A stretch of DNA of 64,000 nt from an uncultured bacterium. Its GTDB lineage: Bacteria > Babelota > Babeliae > Babelales > Vermiphilaceae. Position numbers and translations under genes: made by a program. Every line of letters starts with the position of its first letter. Position 1 is the first letter of the stretch. Shown in pieces: positions 10,042 to 19,118 of the stretch. The notes under the pieces are model-generated. The model worked only from the letters and a program-made list of their open reading frames with translations, did not search any database and was not told the origin of the DNA. The DNA lies in assembly GCA_963695335.1 (NCBI GenBank), contig OY968764.1, positions 352,001 through 416,000 of the forward strand, in the 5' to 3' direction.

Positions 10042-10643
10042 TAGATATGAGATATTCTCTTATTTTTTGTTCTTGGCTATCGGTTGTCCATGTACATGGT
10101 TCACCATCTCGGTCTTCAGTTGTTGTATATATTGTTACCACAGGATCTTCGTAAGGAATAAGAAGTTGAATCATTTTTGAAAGATCTGCATTTGATTTTC
10201 CTACATAACCACCACCTTCTAATGCAATTGTTAGAGGAGTGCTTTGTTGATCTTCAAGATTATGAATTGTTGCTCCAAGATTTATCATTGTTTGCATATT
10301 TTTTATACCCTGTGGACTTCCATCACAAGCAAAACGAAATATTACCGGACCGCTATTTCCTGGTCTTTGGTAATTAACTTGAGCTCCTTGTTTTACTAAT
10401 TCTCGTATTTGAGTGTCTGTGATGTTTTTATCGTAAAGTTTTTCACTCAGAGCATCGAATGTTTTTAATATTGGGGTTTGTTTAGGATGCTCACTGATAT
10501 CTTTAATAATGATTGGATATCCACAATCATCAGAAGATGGTGTGCCAAGTTCCATGCTATGCGTTTGTTGTGTGCAGCATGCGATTGTGAGAAGTGCTAT
10601 GGAGAATTTTTTCATCGAGAAATCCTTTTTTTGAGATTGTTAT

Positions 10644-11447
10644 TTATTGCAACGATTGTAAATCATTCATAACATTTTTGATTGTATCTGCTGTAGTACG
10701 TATTGTTTCTTTACTTTTAGAAACTTTATCCATGAGTTGGAAAATAATATCGCTAATATTAGTAGCACCATAAGAAAGAAGAAGATCAAGAATTTCTTTA
10801 TTTGATTGCATACACTGAACAAATTCTTTTAGCCCACGATTAGCTGTCATGAGTTTTAATTTAAGTAATAATTCAATCATAGGGATGTTTTGATTCTTAA
10901 AAAATTGACGTATTATATATTCTCTCAGTTCTTTTTCTGAGTAATCATAATCTCTATGAGTGATGCCATCGTTGTCATGATATGTACTTTCATATATTGT
11001 CACTGTAGGGTTTTCATGATGTAGGAGTAATGTAATCATATCTGTTGAATTGTATTGTACAGCTATATCAAGAGGAAAATGTCCTCCAGGTACACGGTGA
11101 TGAATGTCTGCTTTAAGCTCTATGATTGTTTCCATATTTTTTACACCTTGTTTAGTTCTATCAAAAGCAAAATGGACTGCTATTGCGTATACATATTCTC
11201 CTTTATAATTAAGTATAGCTCCTTTGCTTACCAACTCTCGTATTTCAGTATCAGTGATATGGTCTTTGTAAAGTTGTTCACTGAAATGATTGCGCTTTTT
11301 TGATATTGGGGATTGTGGACGATCGTTATATGGTTTGGCTATTACTTGATATCCGCAATCATCAGAAGATGGTGTGCCAAGTTCCATGCTGTGTATTTGT
11401 TGTGTGCAGCATACGATTGTGAGAAGTGCTATGGAGAGTTTGTTCAT
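10644..11447 (-). CDS. Exported ankyrin-like repeat protein, intact member of the tandem family
   Basis: Signal peptide ending IHS-ME. FPLDIAV, LLLSYGA. N-terminus nearly identical to the gene starting at 10615. Confidence 0.8.
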   Translation of the reverse strand: MNKLSIALLTIVCCTQQIHSMELGTPSSDDCGYQVIAKPYNDRPQSPISKKRNHFSEQLYKDHITDTEIRELVSKGAILNYKGEYVYAIAVHFAFDRTKQGVKNMETIIELKADIHHRVPGGHFPLDIAVQYNSTDMITLLLHHENPTVTIYESTYHDNDGITHRDYDYSEKELREYIIRQFFKNQNIPMIELLLKLKLMTANRGLKEFVQCMQSNKEILDLLLSYGATNISDIIFQLMDKVSKSKETIRTTADTIKNVMNDLQSLQ

Positions 11448-11536
11448 CGAAAGATCCTTTTTTTGTGAGATTGTTTTTGAGTGAATACTGTTTCTGACAG
11501 CAGTACTATAGTATTAATTTGATATTTATTCAATAA

Positions 11537-11563
11537 AAAAATCCCCTTGATAGGGGATTTTTT
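11537..11563. terminator. Rho-independent terminator (bidirectional-type)
   Basis: AAAAATCCCCT-TGAT-AGGGGATTTTT. Confidence 0.75.
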
Positions 11564-11593
11564 TGAATATTAACTAGTATGTAAATATTGCAC

Positions 11594-11842
11594 TTAAGAA
11601 ATAATACATTTACATGCATCATCGTCATCATCATTCTTTTGTTTTTTTTCTAAAGCTTTTTTCTTTTCAAATTCTGAAGCAGCATTTGCTTTTAATTCTC
11701 TAAAAGTATCACGAGCATTTTCATCAGTCTTTTTTCTATGGAATTGACTAAGGAGCATGAATTCATTTGGATCCATAGTAAAAATGAATGATTGATGGAA
11801 TAAAAAAACAAAACAGATTGATGCAAGCAATATATGTTTCAT
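11594..11842 (-). CDS. Small exported protein ending in a CaaX motif (CIIS)
   Basis: Signal peptide, basic stretch, Asp run, C-terminal CKCIIS. Starts 4 bp after the gatB stop. Confidence 0.65.
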   Translation of the reverse strand: MKHILLASICFVFLFHQSFIFTMDPNEFMLLSQFHRKKTDENARDTFRELKANAASEFEKKKALEKKQKNDDDDDACKCIIS

Positions 11843-11846
11843 GCAC

Positions 11847-13316
11847 TTAACCTTGATTTAAATGTTTCTTGATCAAATCATTAATCAGTTGCGGATTACC
11901 TTTACCTTTGGTTTTCTGCATCATTTGACCAACAAAGAAACCAAATAGTTTTTCTTTACCAGAGCGGTATTCAGCAGTTTGCCCAGGATTTGCAGCAATA
12001 ACTTCTTTGACCATTGCTTCCAACTCATCAGCAGAGCCAATTTGTTTGAGGCCTTTTTCTTCAATAATAATCATAGGCTCTTTATCGGTCTGCGCAACAA
12101 ATACAAAAACTTCTTTTGCAGTGGGGCCATTAATAACACCTTGTTCAACCAAGTCAACAATCTGAGCTAAGCGTGCAGGAGTTACTTTGCATGCAGACAA
12201 TGATATTTTTTCTTCTTTGATGTATCCCATCAAATCACGCAAGATCCAATTAATAAGATTTTTATTGTGTGTATGTTTACGTGCTGCATCAAAGTAGTTT
12301 GCAAGATCAATATCTTCTATTAAAATATCCGCTTCATAGTCATGTAAACTAAGCTCTTTGGTAAAGCGTTCAAACTTAGCGAGTGGTAATTCCGGCATGC
12401 TATTTTTTGCTGCGGCAAGACGTTCATCGCTGATAGAGATAATTGGCAAATCTGGTTCTTGGAAAAAGCGATAATCTGCAGTTTCTTCTTTTGATCGCAT
12501 CGTGATAGTTGTTTTTGCTTTTGAATCCCAAAGACGTGTTTCTGAGCGAACTTTGCCACCAGCTTCTAAGATTTCAATTTGGCGTTCTATTTCATATTCT
12601 GTTGCATCGCTGATGAACTTAAATGAGTTAATATTTTTAAGTTCACATTTGGTGCCAAACTCTTTTTGTCCTTTTTTGCGTACAGAAATATTAGTATCCG
12701 CGCGGAATGAACCTTCTTCCATGTTTCCTGTGCAAATTCCGATATATTGCACAATTGAGCGTAAAGTTTTCAGGTATTCACGCACTTCATATGTTGATGA
12801 AATGTCAGGATGACTGACGATTTCCAGTAGTGGAGTGCCGGCACGGTTCAAGTCAACAAAGCTTTCATTGCTATAACTTGAGTGAATATTTTTACCCGCA
12901 TCTTCTTCAATATGAATACGAATTAAATTAATATTTTTTGTGCTGCCATTTTCTAATCTGATAGTGATATATCCATCAGTGCAAATGGGATCAGCTTGCT
13001 GAGTAATTTGAAAGTTTTTTGGTAGATCAGGATAGAAGTAATGTTTACGATCAAAGGTAGATGATTGGTTGATGGTACAGTTGGTTGCAAGGCCTGCTAA
13101 AATTGCATAATCTACTACTTTTTTATTGAGCATTGGCATTGTGCCAGGGTATCCAGCACAGATTTGGCATATATTAGAGTTTGGGTCTTTTGGTATATTG
13201 TTGGGACAGCTACAAAATATTTTTGTGTTAGTGGTAAGTTGCACGTGAACTTCCATACCGATAGTTGCTTCATAAGAAGGGTGCTTATCAAGTACTGTAG
13301 TGATATGTTCTGCCAT
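11847..13316 (-). CDS. gatB: Asp/Glu-tRNA amidotransferase subunit B
   Basis: IGMEVHVQL, RKHYFYPDLPK, HIEEDAGK, DLNRAGTPLLEI, GFFVGQMM. Confidence 0.97.
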   Translation of the reverse strand: MAEHITTVLDKHPSYEATIGMEVHVQLTTNTKIFCSCPNNIPKDPNSNICQICAGYPGTMPMLNKKVVDYAILAGLATNCTINQSSTFDRKHYFYPDLPKNFQITQQADPICTDGYITIRLENGSTKNINLIRIHIEEDAGKNIHSSYSNESFVDLNRAGTPLLEIVSHPDISSTYEVREYLKTLRSIVQYIGICTGNMEEGSFRADTNISVRKKGQKEFGTKCELKNINSFKFISDATEYEIERQIEILEAGGKVRSETRLWDSKAKTTITMRSKEETADYRFFQEPDLPIISISDERLAAAKNSMPELPLAKFERFTKELSLHDYEADILIEDIDLANYFDAARKHTHNKNLINWILRDLMGYIKEEKISLSACKVTPARLAQIVDLVEQGVINGPTAKEVFVFVAQTDKEPMIIIEEKGLKQIGSADELEAMVKEVIAANPGQTAEYRSGKEKLFGFFVGQMMQKTKGKGNPQLINDLIKKHLNQG

Positions 13317-13331
13317 AAAATAGTCCGTTAT

Positions 13332-14843
13332 TTATTGTTTTGTTTCGATTTTGTATTTATCAGAAGGAAAATCTTTATTGATAGTGAGTGTAATCTTAAC
13401 GTTATACATCTCTTCTAATTTTAAGATTGCATCATATTCAATTGTTGTGATGTAGTTGAATATATGAGAATTTAAATGAATTTCAATTTTTTTGTTGCTT
13501 GGTAATGTATGCAACTCATCTTGAATAGCTCGTAATATTTCGTAGCTTTCTGTTTGATATGATTTAACAAAACCTGATCCATGGCACGTGTGACAGCTTG
13601 AAGTGAGTTGTTGAACAAGTGTTTTTCCTGATCGTTTACGTGTCATTTGAACAAGGCCAAATTCTGATATTTTAAGAACTACTGATTGGAATTTGTCTCT
13701 CTCTTTTAAAACTTTTTCAAAAAAACTAAAAACTTTTTCGCGGTTAGAGATGATGCCCATATCAATAAAATCGATAACAATGAGACCACCAATATTGCGT
13801 AATCGTAGTTGTTGCACAACTTCTTCTGCAGCTTCTATGTTTGTTTTAAAAATAGTTTCTTCAAGATTGGTTTTTCCAATAAATCGTCCGGTATTAACAT
13901 CAACAACGGTCATTGCTTCTGTTGATTCAATAATAATTGAACCGCCAGATTTAAGAGAAACTTTTTTCTTGAGAGCTTGTTCAATCTGCTTTTCAATGCC
14001 GTATGCAGCAAAAATATTAACGTTGTCATGATACGCTTGAATAACATGGGCATATTCTGGGGCAATCTGTTTTGCAAATTTATAGAGTTCACTTTGGCTC
14101 TTTTTTGAATCAGTGATGATTGCTTCTACATCGCTATCAAGATGATCACGTACAATTTGAAGCACTAAAGGTAAATCTTCGTGAAGTTTTTCTGAAGGTT
14201 TTGCGGTGGCAAATTTTTTCTCTATGTTGCGCCATTCTTGCACTAAGTAATTAAGATCATGCAAAAGGTCTTTTTCAGCTCGACCATCAGATGTTGTTCT
14301 GATAATTGCACCCATGCCTTCTGGTAAATGTTCTTTAATGATTGTTTTAAGGCGAATACGTTCATCGCGATCTTCAATTTTTTTTGAAACACCGATGCGC
14401 GGTATATTAGGCATAAGAACAATAAATCTACCAGGAAGGGTAAAACAGGTGGTCAGTTTTGCACCTTTTTCATACACAGGCTCTTTGCTGACTTGCACTA
14501 AGATTGGTTCATTTTCTTTGAGGATTTTGCTGATATCTCGTTTTTGAGAGACTTTTTTTTCTATTTTGGGTTCATCTTCATCTTCATCAAGCTGGTCACT
14601 CATTTTTTGCATAGCCAACTCTCTATCAATTTCTGATATATGGAGAAATCCTGCTTTTTGTTGGCCAAATTCAATGAATGCTGTTTGGATGCCGGGCAGC
14701 ACTTTGGTCACAACCCCTTTAAAATAGGCCCGTTCAAGGACTTCGTGGGTTGGGGCGGAGAAATAGATGTTTTGTAGTTTTCCGTCGGTAAGAATGGCTA
14801 TGCGCACTTGCCACGGATTGTCATTTATAATAATTTTTTTCAT
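13332..14843 (-). CDS. rng: Ribonuclease E/G family (RNase G-size)
   Basis: S1 domain (KVLPGIQTAF), VDVNTG, QLRLRNIGGLIVIDFIDM, CHTCHGSG. Confidence 0.92.
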   Translation of the reverse strand: MKKIIINDNPWQVRIAILTDGKLQNIYFSAPTHEVLERAYFKGVVTKVLPGIQTAFIEFGQQKAGFLHISEIDRELAMQKMSDQLDEDEDEPKIEKKVSQKRDISKILKENEPILVQVSKEPVYEKGAKLTTCFTLPGRFIVLMPNIPRIGVSKKIEDRDERIRLKTIIKEHLPEGMGAIIRTTSDGRAEKDLLHDLNYLVQEWRNIEKKFATAKPSEKLHEDLPLVLQIVRDHLDSDVEAIITDSKKSQSELYKFAKQIAPEYAHVIQAYHDNVNIFAAYGIEKQIEQALKKKVSLKSGGSIIIESTEAMTVVDVNTGRFIGKTNLEETIFKTNIEAAEEVVQQLRLRNIGGLIVIDFIDMGIISNREKVFSFFEKVLKERDKFQSVVLKISEFGLVQMTRKRSGKTLVQQLTSSCHTCHGSGFVKSYQTESYEILRAIQDELHTLPSNKKIEIHLNSHIFNYITTIEYDAILKLEEMYNVKITLTINKDFPSDKYKIETKQ

Positions 14844-14988
14844 AGAGTAACTGGGTGAAAATTTTAGTATTTATCTTCTAATATACAGGTTATGTTTAAA
14901 ATTGGGTAGAAAAATGGTCAAAAATGTGCTAGATTCTGATGAACATTGAGGAAATTGAAGTTAAAAAGTCTATTTTTAAGGAAGTTGT

Positions 14989-15648
14989 ATGAAGAAAATG
15001 TCTCTTTTGGTTATTGCATTAGTTGTTGCTCTCCCTGGTTGTAAACAAAGTAAAGAATCATCTCGTCCATCAAAAAAAGCACAAGTTGAGAAATATATGG
15101 ATGTGGATGTTGATATAGATGATATGGATGATGAAGATTTAGACGATATGGATGAGCTGACAGAAGAAGATATTGCAAGTTTTGAATTCCCTGAAGATGA
15201 AGAGATGATGGAAGAAGAAGATGAGATTAGCCTTGAAGATCTTCTTGGAGACATGGAAGAAAATGAAGAATATTCTTGGATAGATGCTCAGTCAGATGAT
15301 GAATTCAGAAAACTGTACTTCTCATTCAACCATTATGGCGTGAGAGAAGATCAAAAAGCAGCATTGAATTATGATATTGAACAAGTAAGACAGTTGATTG
15401 CTGAAGCTGGAGACAGCGCAACAGTTGTTATTGAAGGGCATACATGCCAAGAAGGCGCTCCTTTATATAACTTGGCTCTTTCAGAAAGACGTGCAAAAAC
15501 AGTAGCTGATCTTTTTGTAGCAGCGGGTATTGATAGAACTGCTATTAAAGTGGTTGGTCGTGGCCAAGAATGTCCAGCAGCAAGTGGTAGAACTCGTGAA
15601 GATCGCGCTCCAAACCGCCGTGTTGAAGTTCGCGTACTTTACACGTAA
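14989..15648 (+). CDS. pal: OmpA/Pal-family lipoprotein with long acidic linker
   Basis: Lipobox LPGC, IEGHT, YNLALSERRA, NRRVE. Confidence 0.8.
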   Translation: MKKMSLLVIALVVALPGCKQSKESSRPSKKAQVEKYMDVDVDIDDMDDEDLDDMDELTEEDIASFEFPEDEEMMEEEDEISLEDLLGDMEENEEYSWIDAQSDDEFRKLYFSFNHYGVREDQKAALNYDIEQVRQLIAEAGDSATVVIEGHTCQEGAPLYNLALSERRAKTVADLFVAAGIDRTAIKVVGRGQECPAASGRTREDRAPNRRVEVRVLYT

Positions 15649-15674
15649 ATAATACGTTGAGATTATAAAATATG

Positions 15675-15701
15675 TCCGCACTGTAAAAGGTGCGGATTTT
15701 T
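15675..15701 (+). terminator. Rho-independent terminator
   Basis: TCCGCAC...GTGCGGA followed by TTTTT. Confidence 0.65.
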
Positions 15702-15714
15702 CATGTTTAAATGA

Positions 15715-15797
15715 GTTCGTATGTTTCGACAGGCTCAACACGAACGGGATTAAAGATTTTCTCTCCGTTCGCATTGAGCTTGTCGAAATGAGCGAAC
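15715..15797. repeat. Family A palindromic element (inverted doublet)
   Basis: TTTCGACAGGCTCAACACGAACGG ... CCGTTCGCATTGAGCTTGTCGAAA. Confidence 0.85.
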
Positions 15798-15820
15798 GAA
15801 TATATTGTACAAAGTCCCAA

Positions 15821-16960
15821 CTATAGTATTTTCCGTAATAATTTATGCAGCTCATCTCCAAAATTCTTCTTCTCCAATTTCTCAAGATGACGCTTGTAAT
15901 CTTGTAATTTTTGTGAATGTTCAAGAAGTGATGTCATAAGCGGAGCTATCTGTTTATGTTTTTTGATGCATGCACCAAAGTGATGTTTTGTAACAAAAGT
16001 GTGATTAAATTTTTCCCAAGGCAATAATCCAGATGTTGCGTCAAGAAAAAGAGGTGTATTCATGTATAGAGCTTCACATACACTTTGACTGCCTGATTTT
16101 GATATAAGAATATCAGCCATTGCCATATAATCAGCAATGTGTTTGGTAAATTCAACAATTAATAACTTTATGTGGGGTGGTACAGAAAGACGTTCTAATT
16201 GTTCTTTGCTTTTTTGATTTGTACCGATGCATACAACCAATTGCACAGGCATTGTAATATTGAGTAGTTGTTGGGTATATTTTTCCGTTTCACTGGAACC
16301 GCGTGCACCCATGAGAACCATGATAATTGGTATATCGTTACTCAAACGATATTTATGTTTTAAAATAACCGCTCGTTTAGAGATAAAAAAATCTGTTTTT
16401 AAAGGCGCACCAAGCGTAATGATATGTTGATCGGATATATGCGCTTTTTCAATTGGTTTTAATATATCTTTATCATGAAACGATAATCCAATATAAAACT
16501 GTTTATAGGTTGGTTTTTTAATACGCTGGATATACATGCTCACATTCAAATCAGTAGGTATGAGCAAAAAAGGGATATTAAGTTCTTGTGCAACATCAAG
16601 AATAATATAATTCATAATTGGGACAACAGAAATGATGAGTGCTGGTGTATTTTTTATAAGATAATCGTGCAATTCTTGTCTAATTTTTTTTCTTCTTCGG
16701 TGAATATATTGTGTGCCTAAGCGTGAAATAAAAGTAATAAGTTTACAGTATTTTTTAGGTAACAGTTCATTAAAAAGCTCTTCGCATGAGTATTTATTAA
16801 AAGTAATAACTCGAATAGGATCAAGATGGGATAACAGTTTAAAAATATGCACAGTTTCTGTGGTATAATCATGATCTAAGTAATGCTCAAGTGCTGCAGT
16901 TGCGGAAAGGTGCCCACCACCGCCCGAACTGGTGAAAATAAGTACCTTTTTTTTAGTCAT
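15821..16960 (-). CDS. GT28 glycosyltransferase (MGDG synthase/UgtP-like)
   Basis: SSGGGGHLSA, IPTD, YMAMADILISKSGSQSVCEAL, PWEKFN. Confidence 0.8.
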   Translation of the reverse strand: MTKKKVLIFTSSGGGGHLSATAALEHYLDHDYTTETVHIFKLLSHLDPIRVITFNKYSCEELFNELLPKKYCKLITFISRLGTQYIHRRRKKIRQELHDYLIKNTPALIISVVPIMNYIILDVAQELNIPFLLIPTDLNVSMYIQRIKKPTYKQFYIGLSFHDKDILKPIEKAHISDQHIITLGAPLKTDFFISKRAVILKHKYRLSNDIPIIMVLMGARGSSETEKYTQQLLNITMPVQLVVCIGTNQKSKEQLERLSVPPHIKLLIVEFTKHIADYMAMADILISKSGSQSVCEALYMNTPLFLDATSGLLPWEKFNHTFVTKHHFGACIKKHKQIAPLMTSLLEHSQKLQDYKRHLEKLEKKNFGDELHKLLRKIL

Positions 16961-17065
16961 TATAGTACCTTACTTTTTCATTTTCGCCTCTTTCATATCG
17001 GTTACCAAGAAACATTGGGCGCAGTGTTATAACTAAAATTGGTCGTAAGGTAATGATTTCTTTAT

Positions 17066-17630
17066 TTAATTGAGCAGAAAACCCTGGCTTTTCAAAGCCA
17101 GGGATGAATGCGAGTCAAAATGGAGGCGATGGAGCAATGCAGTTATAGTAATTGCGAAGAGCCGGCTCTTTAGGCATACTAAAAAACATGGGTAAATATT
17201 GGTGTGGATCTCAAACAAAGCACAGACTTATGTATCATTTAGTATGGATTCCAAAATATAGAAAGAGAGTATTAAAAGGAGAGATAGCAGAAAGAATAAA
17301 AGATCTATTGTATGAATGCGCAGATTTGCAAAGATGGAAAATAGAAGAGCTAAACATTCAATTAGATCATGTTCATATGTTAGTTCAAATGAATCCAGAT
17401 GTAAGCGTGAGCAGGATGGTACAATTGTTTAAAGGAATGACCAGTAAAGTTGTGCGCGAAGAATTTCCAGAATTAAAAGAGTTTTTGTGGGGTAAAAGTT
17501 TTTGGTCAGATGGGTATTTTGCAGAAACAAGTGGTCAGGTAAACGAAGATCGCATACGAGAATACATCCGAAATCAGTAGAATATATCCTAAAAAGCGAA
17601 GCGGGGGCTTTTAAGCCCCCTGTTTTTCAC
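17066..17630 (+). mobile_element. IS200/IS605-family element, tnpA only
   Basis: Subterminal hairpins CCCTGGCTTT-TC-AAAGCCAGGG and GGGGGCTT-TT-AAGCCCCC. Inserted 3' of TTTAT with no target duplication. Confidence 0.88.
17188..17580 (+). CDS. tnpA: IS200-type Y1 (HUH) transposase
   Basis: YHLVWIPKYR, DHVH, FWSDGYF, YIRNQ. Confidence 0.95.
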   Translation: MGKYWCGSQTKHRLMYHLVWIPKYRKRVLKGEIAERIKDLLYECADLQRWKIEELNIQLDHVHMLVQMNPDVSVSRMVQLFKGMTSKVVREEFPELKEFLWGKSFWSDGYFAETSGQVNEDRIREYIRNQ

Positions 17631-17892
17631 TAAATTTTTTCGCTTCTGGATCCAGTACATACGCGGACACGGTGACAGGATCATTTTTATCTTCTTGATT
17701 AACGATCGCTTTTTCAAGATCTTTCCAGCGCACTTTTGCAAGGCGATCTTTTTCTGTAGTAACACGATATTTTCCTGGAGTATTTGCAGCGTCATACCGC
17801 GCCATTTCTTGTTCACGAGCATCATAAAATTTATTAAATAGCTTAGTTTTATATTTATTAAAATTAACAATATAGGTAGCGTTACGAATTGG

Positions 17893-17923
17893 TTTACCCT
17901 TCGAAGCCTTGGCGGAGTAGGGC
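17893..17923. repeat. Family B element in frame in the Nudix gene (PYSAKASKGK)
   Basis: TTACCCTTCGAAGCCTTGGCGGAGTAGGGC. Confidence 0.8.
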
Positions 17924-18319
17924 CTTTCATATGCAACAACAATCCATGTGTATTCATTGTTTGGATCAATGAATATTTCTGCATCATCTAAATCCCACTC
18001 AAGTATACGTTCTAAGATTGCTTCTTGCAGAAATTCATGTGCAGCAGTTTGTATTGGATGTGTTTCACCCTTATCTTTGCCTCCACTGAATGCATCATAG
18101 GTATGTTTTTTGTTTACTCCATAACCTTCTCTGCTGAGTATTACCCATTTTATGTTACGTTGAGTGAATGTTGGCAGCACTGCAGCTGATAAATGGTCAA
18201 ATTGTGAAAGCCTGAAGGTTTGCACTTTGCTGAAGGTAGGAAGTGCAATATTGAGGAGAATTAATAAGGGCAACCATAATTTTTTGCTGCGTATACTATG
18301 TATCATGGTATATCCTTTT

Positions 18320-19102
18320 TTATTGTTGATACGATACCTTATAGTGTCTTATTTTTTCTTGTTCGCCTTGTTTATATGGCATATCAAGAAAATAAAAACG
18401 TAATTTTGAAACCAAAAATGGTCGTAAAGTGATCTGTTCTTCATGAAAAGTATTTGTTTTTGGATCTAAAACTTTTGCTTGTACATGAGTGTTTTTTGAA
18501 TCTGTACTATGAATTATTGCATTCTTTAAATTTTCTAATGTCACTTCAGCTATTCTATCTTTTTCAAGTGTACATCGACCGCGTCTACAAATCCCAAGGG
18601 CTTCATAACGTTTTTTTTCTTTTTCTATGGCTTGATAGAAGTTATTGAATAGCATGTTTGCTGCGTGTATATCAAAATTAACCATGTAGGTAACATTGCT
18701 TGCGCCTCGACTTTCTGGATTATGAGGATCTTTATCTTTTGAATATGCAATGACAAGGGTTGTATTGTTTCTTTTTGGGTCTATAAAGTTTTCTGCATCT
18801 TCTACATTCCATCCAAGTGTTTCTTTTAAGATAGCTTCTTCCCAAAATTCTCGAGCAGCAGATTGTATAGGATGGGTTTCATGGGGCTCTCTACCACCGC
18901 TAAAATCATCGTATGTATGCTTATCTTTACCTCTTGCTTCTCTTGTTAAAATAACACATTGTTGATTGTTGGAATTTGTATAAATGGGAAGAACAGAACT
19001 TGCTCTATTGGCGTATGAAGCTAAGTTAAATTGTTGTGGCTCCATAGCAAAACTGTTTGTTATAAAAAATATGGCTAAACTACTTTTTACTATTTTAAGC
19101 AT
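18320..19102 (-). CDS. Exported Nudix-like hydrolase
   Basis: Signal peptide ending SFA-ME. SVLPI...ILTRE...DFSGGREPHETHPIQSAAREFWEE Nudix box. Confidence 0.8.
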   Translation of the reverse strand: MLKIVKSSLAIFFITNSFAMEPQQFNLASYANRASSVLPIYTNSNNQQCVILTREARGKDKHTYDDFSGGREPHETHPIQSAAREFWEEAILKETLGWNVEDAENFIDPKRNNTTLVIAYSKDKDPHNPESRGASNVTYMVNFDIHAANMLFNNFYQAIEKEKKRYEALGICRRGRCTLEKDRIAEVTLENLKNAIIHSTDSKNTHVQAKVLDPKTNTFHEEQITLRPFLVSKLRFYFLDMPYKQGEQEKIRHYKVSYQQ

Positions 19103-19118
19103 GGGATTAATCCTTTCT

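Larger units (their letters stand above)
8861..10615 (-). pseudogene. Ankyrin-like exported protein interrupted by the IS5-family element
   Basis: Removing 9192-10041 and one TA gives in-frame ...REYLISSSLIDQNIATIK..., which matches the paralog at 10644-11447. Confidence 0.9.
16953..18306 (-). pseudogene. Exported Nudix-like protein interrupted by the IS200-type element
   Basis: 5' part 17631-18306. The 3' remnant 16953-17065 reads KEIITLRPILVITLRPMFLGNRYERGENEKVRYYND* and matches the paralog C-termini. Confidence 0.88.

Noticed and set aside
17188..17580. TnpA as the REP-associated transposase that mobilises families A, B or C
   Set aside because: It has its own IS200-type end hairpins, which do not resemble the repeats, and it is a recent insertion into a gene. 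Nothing in this window links it to them.
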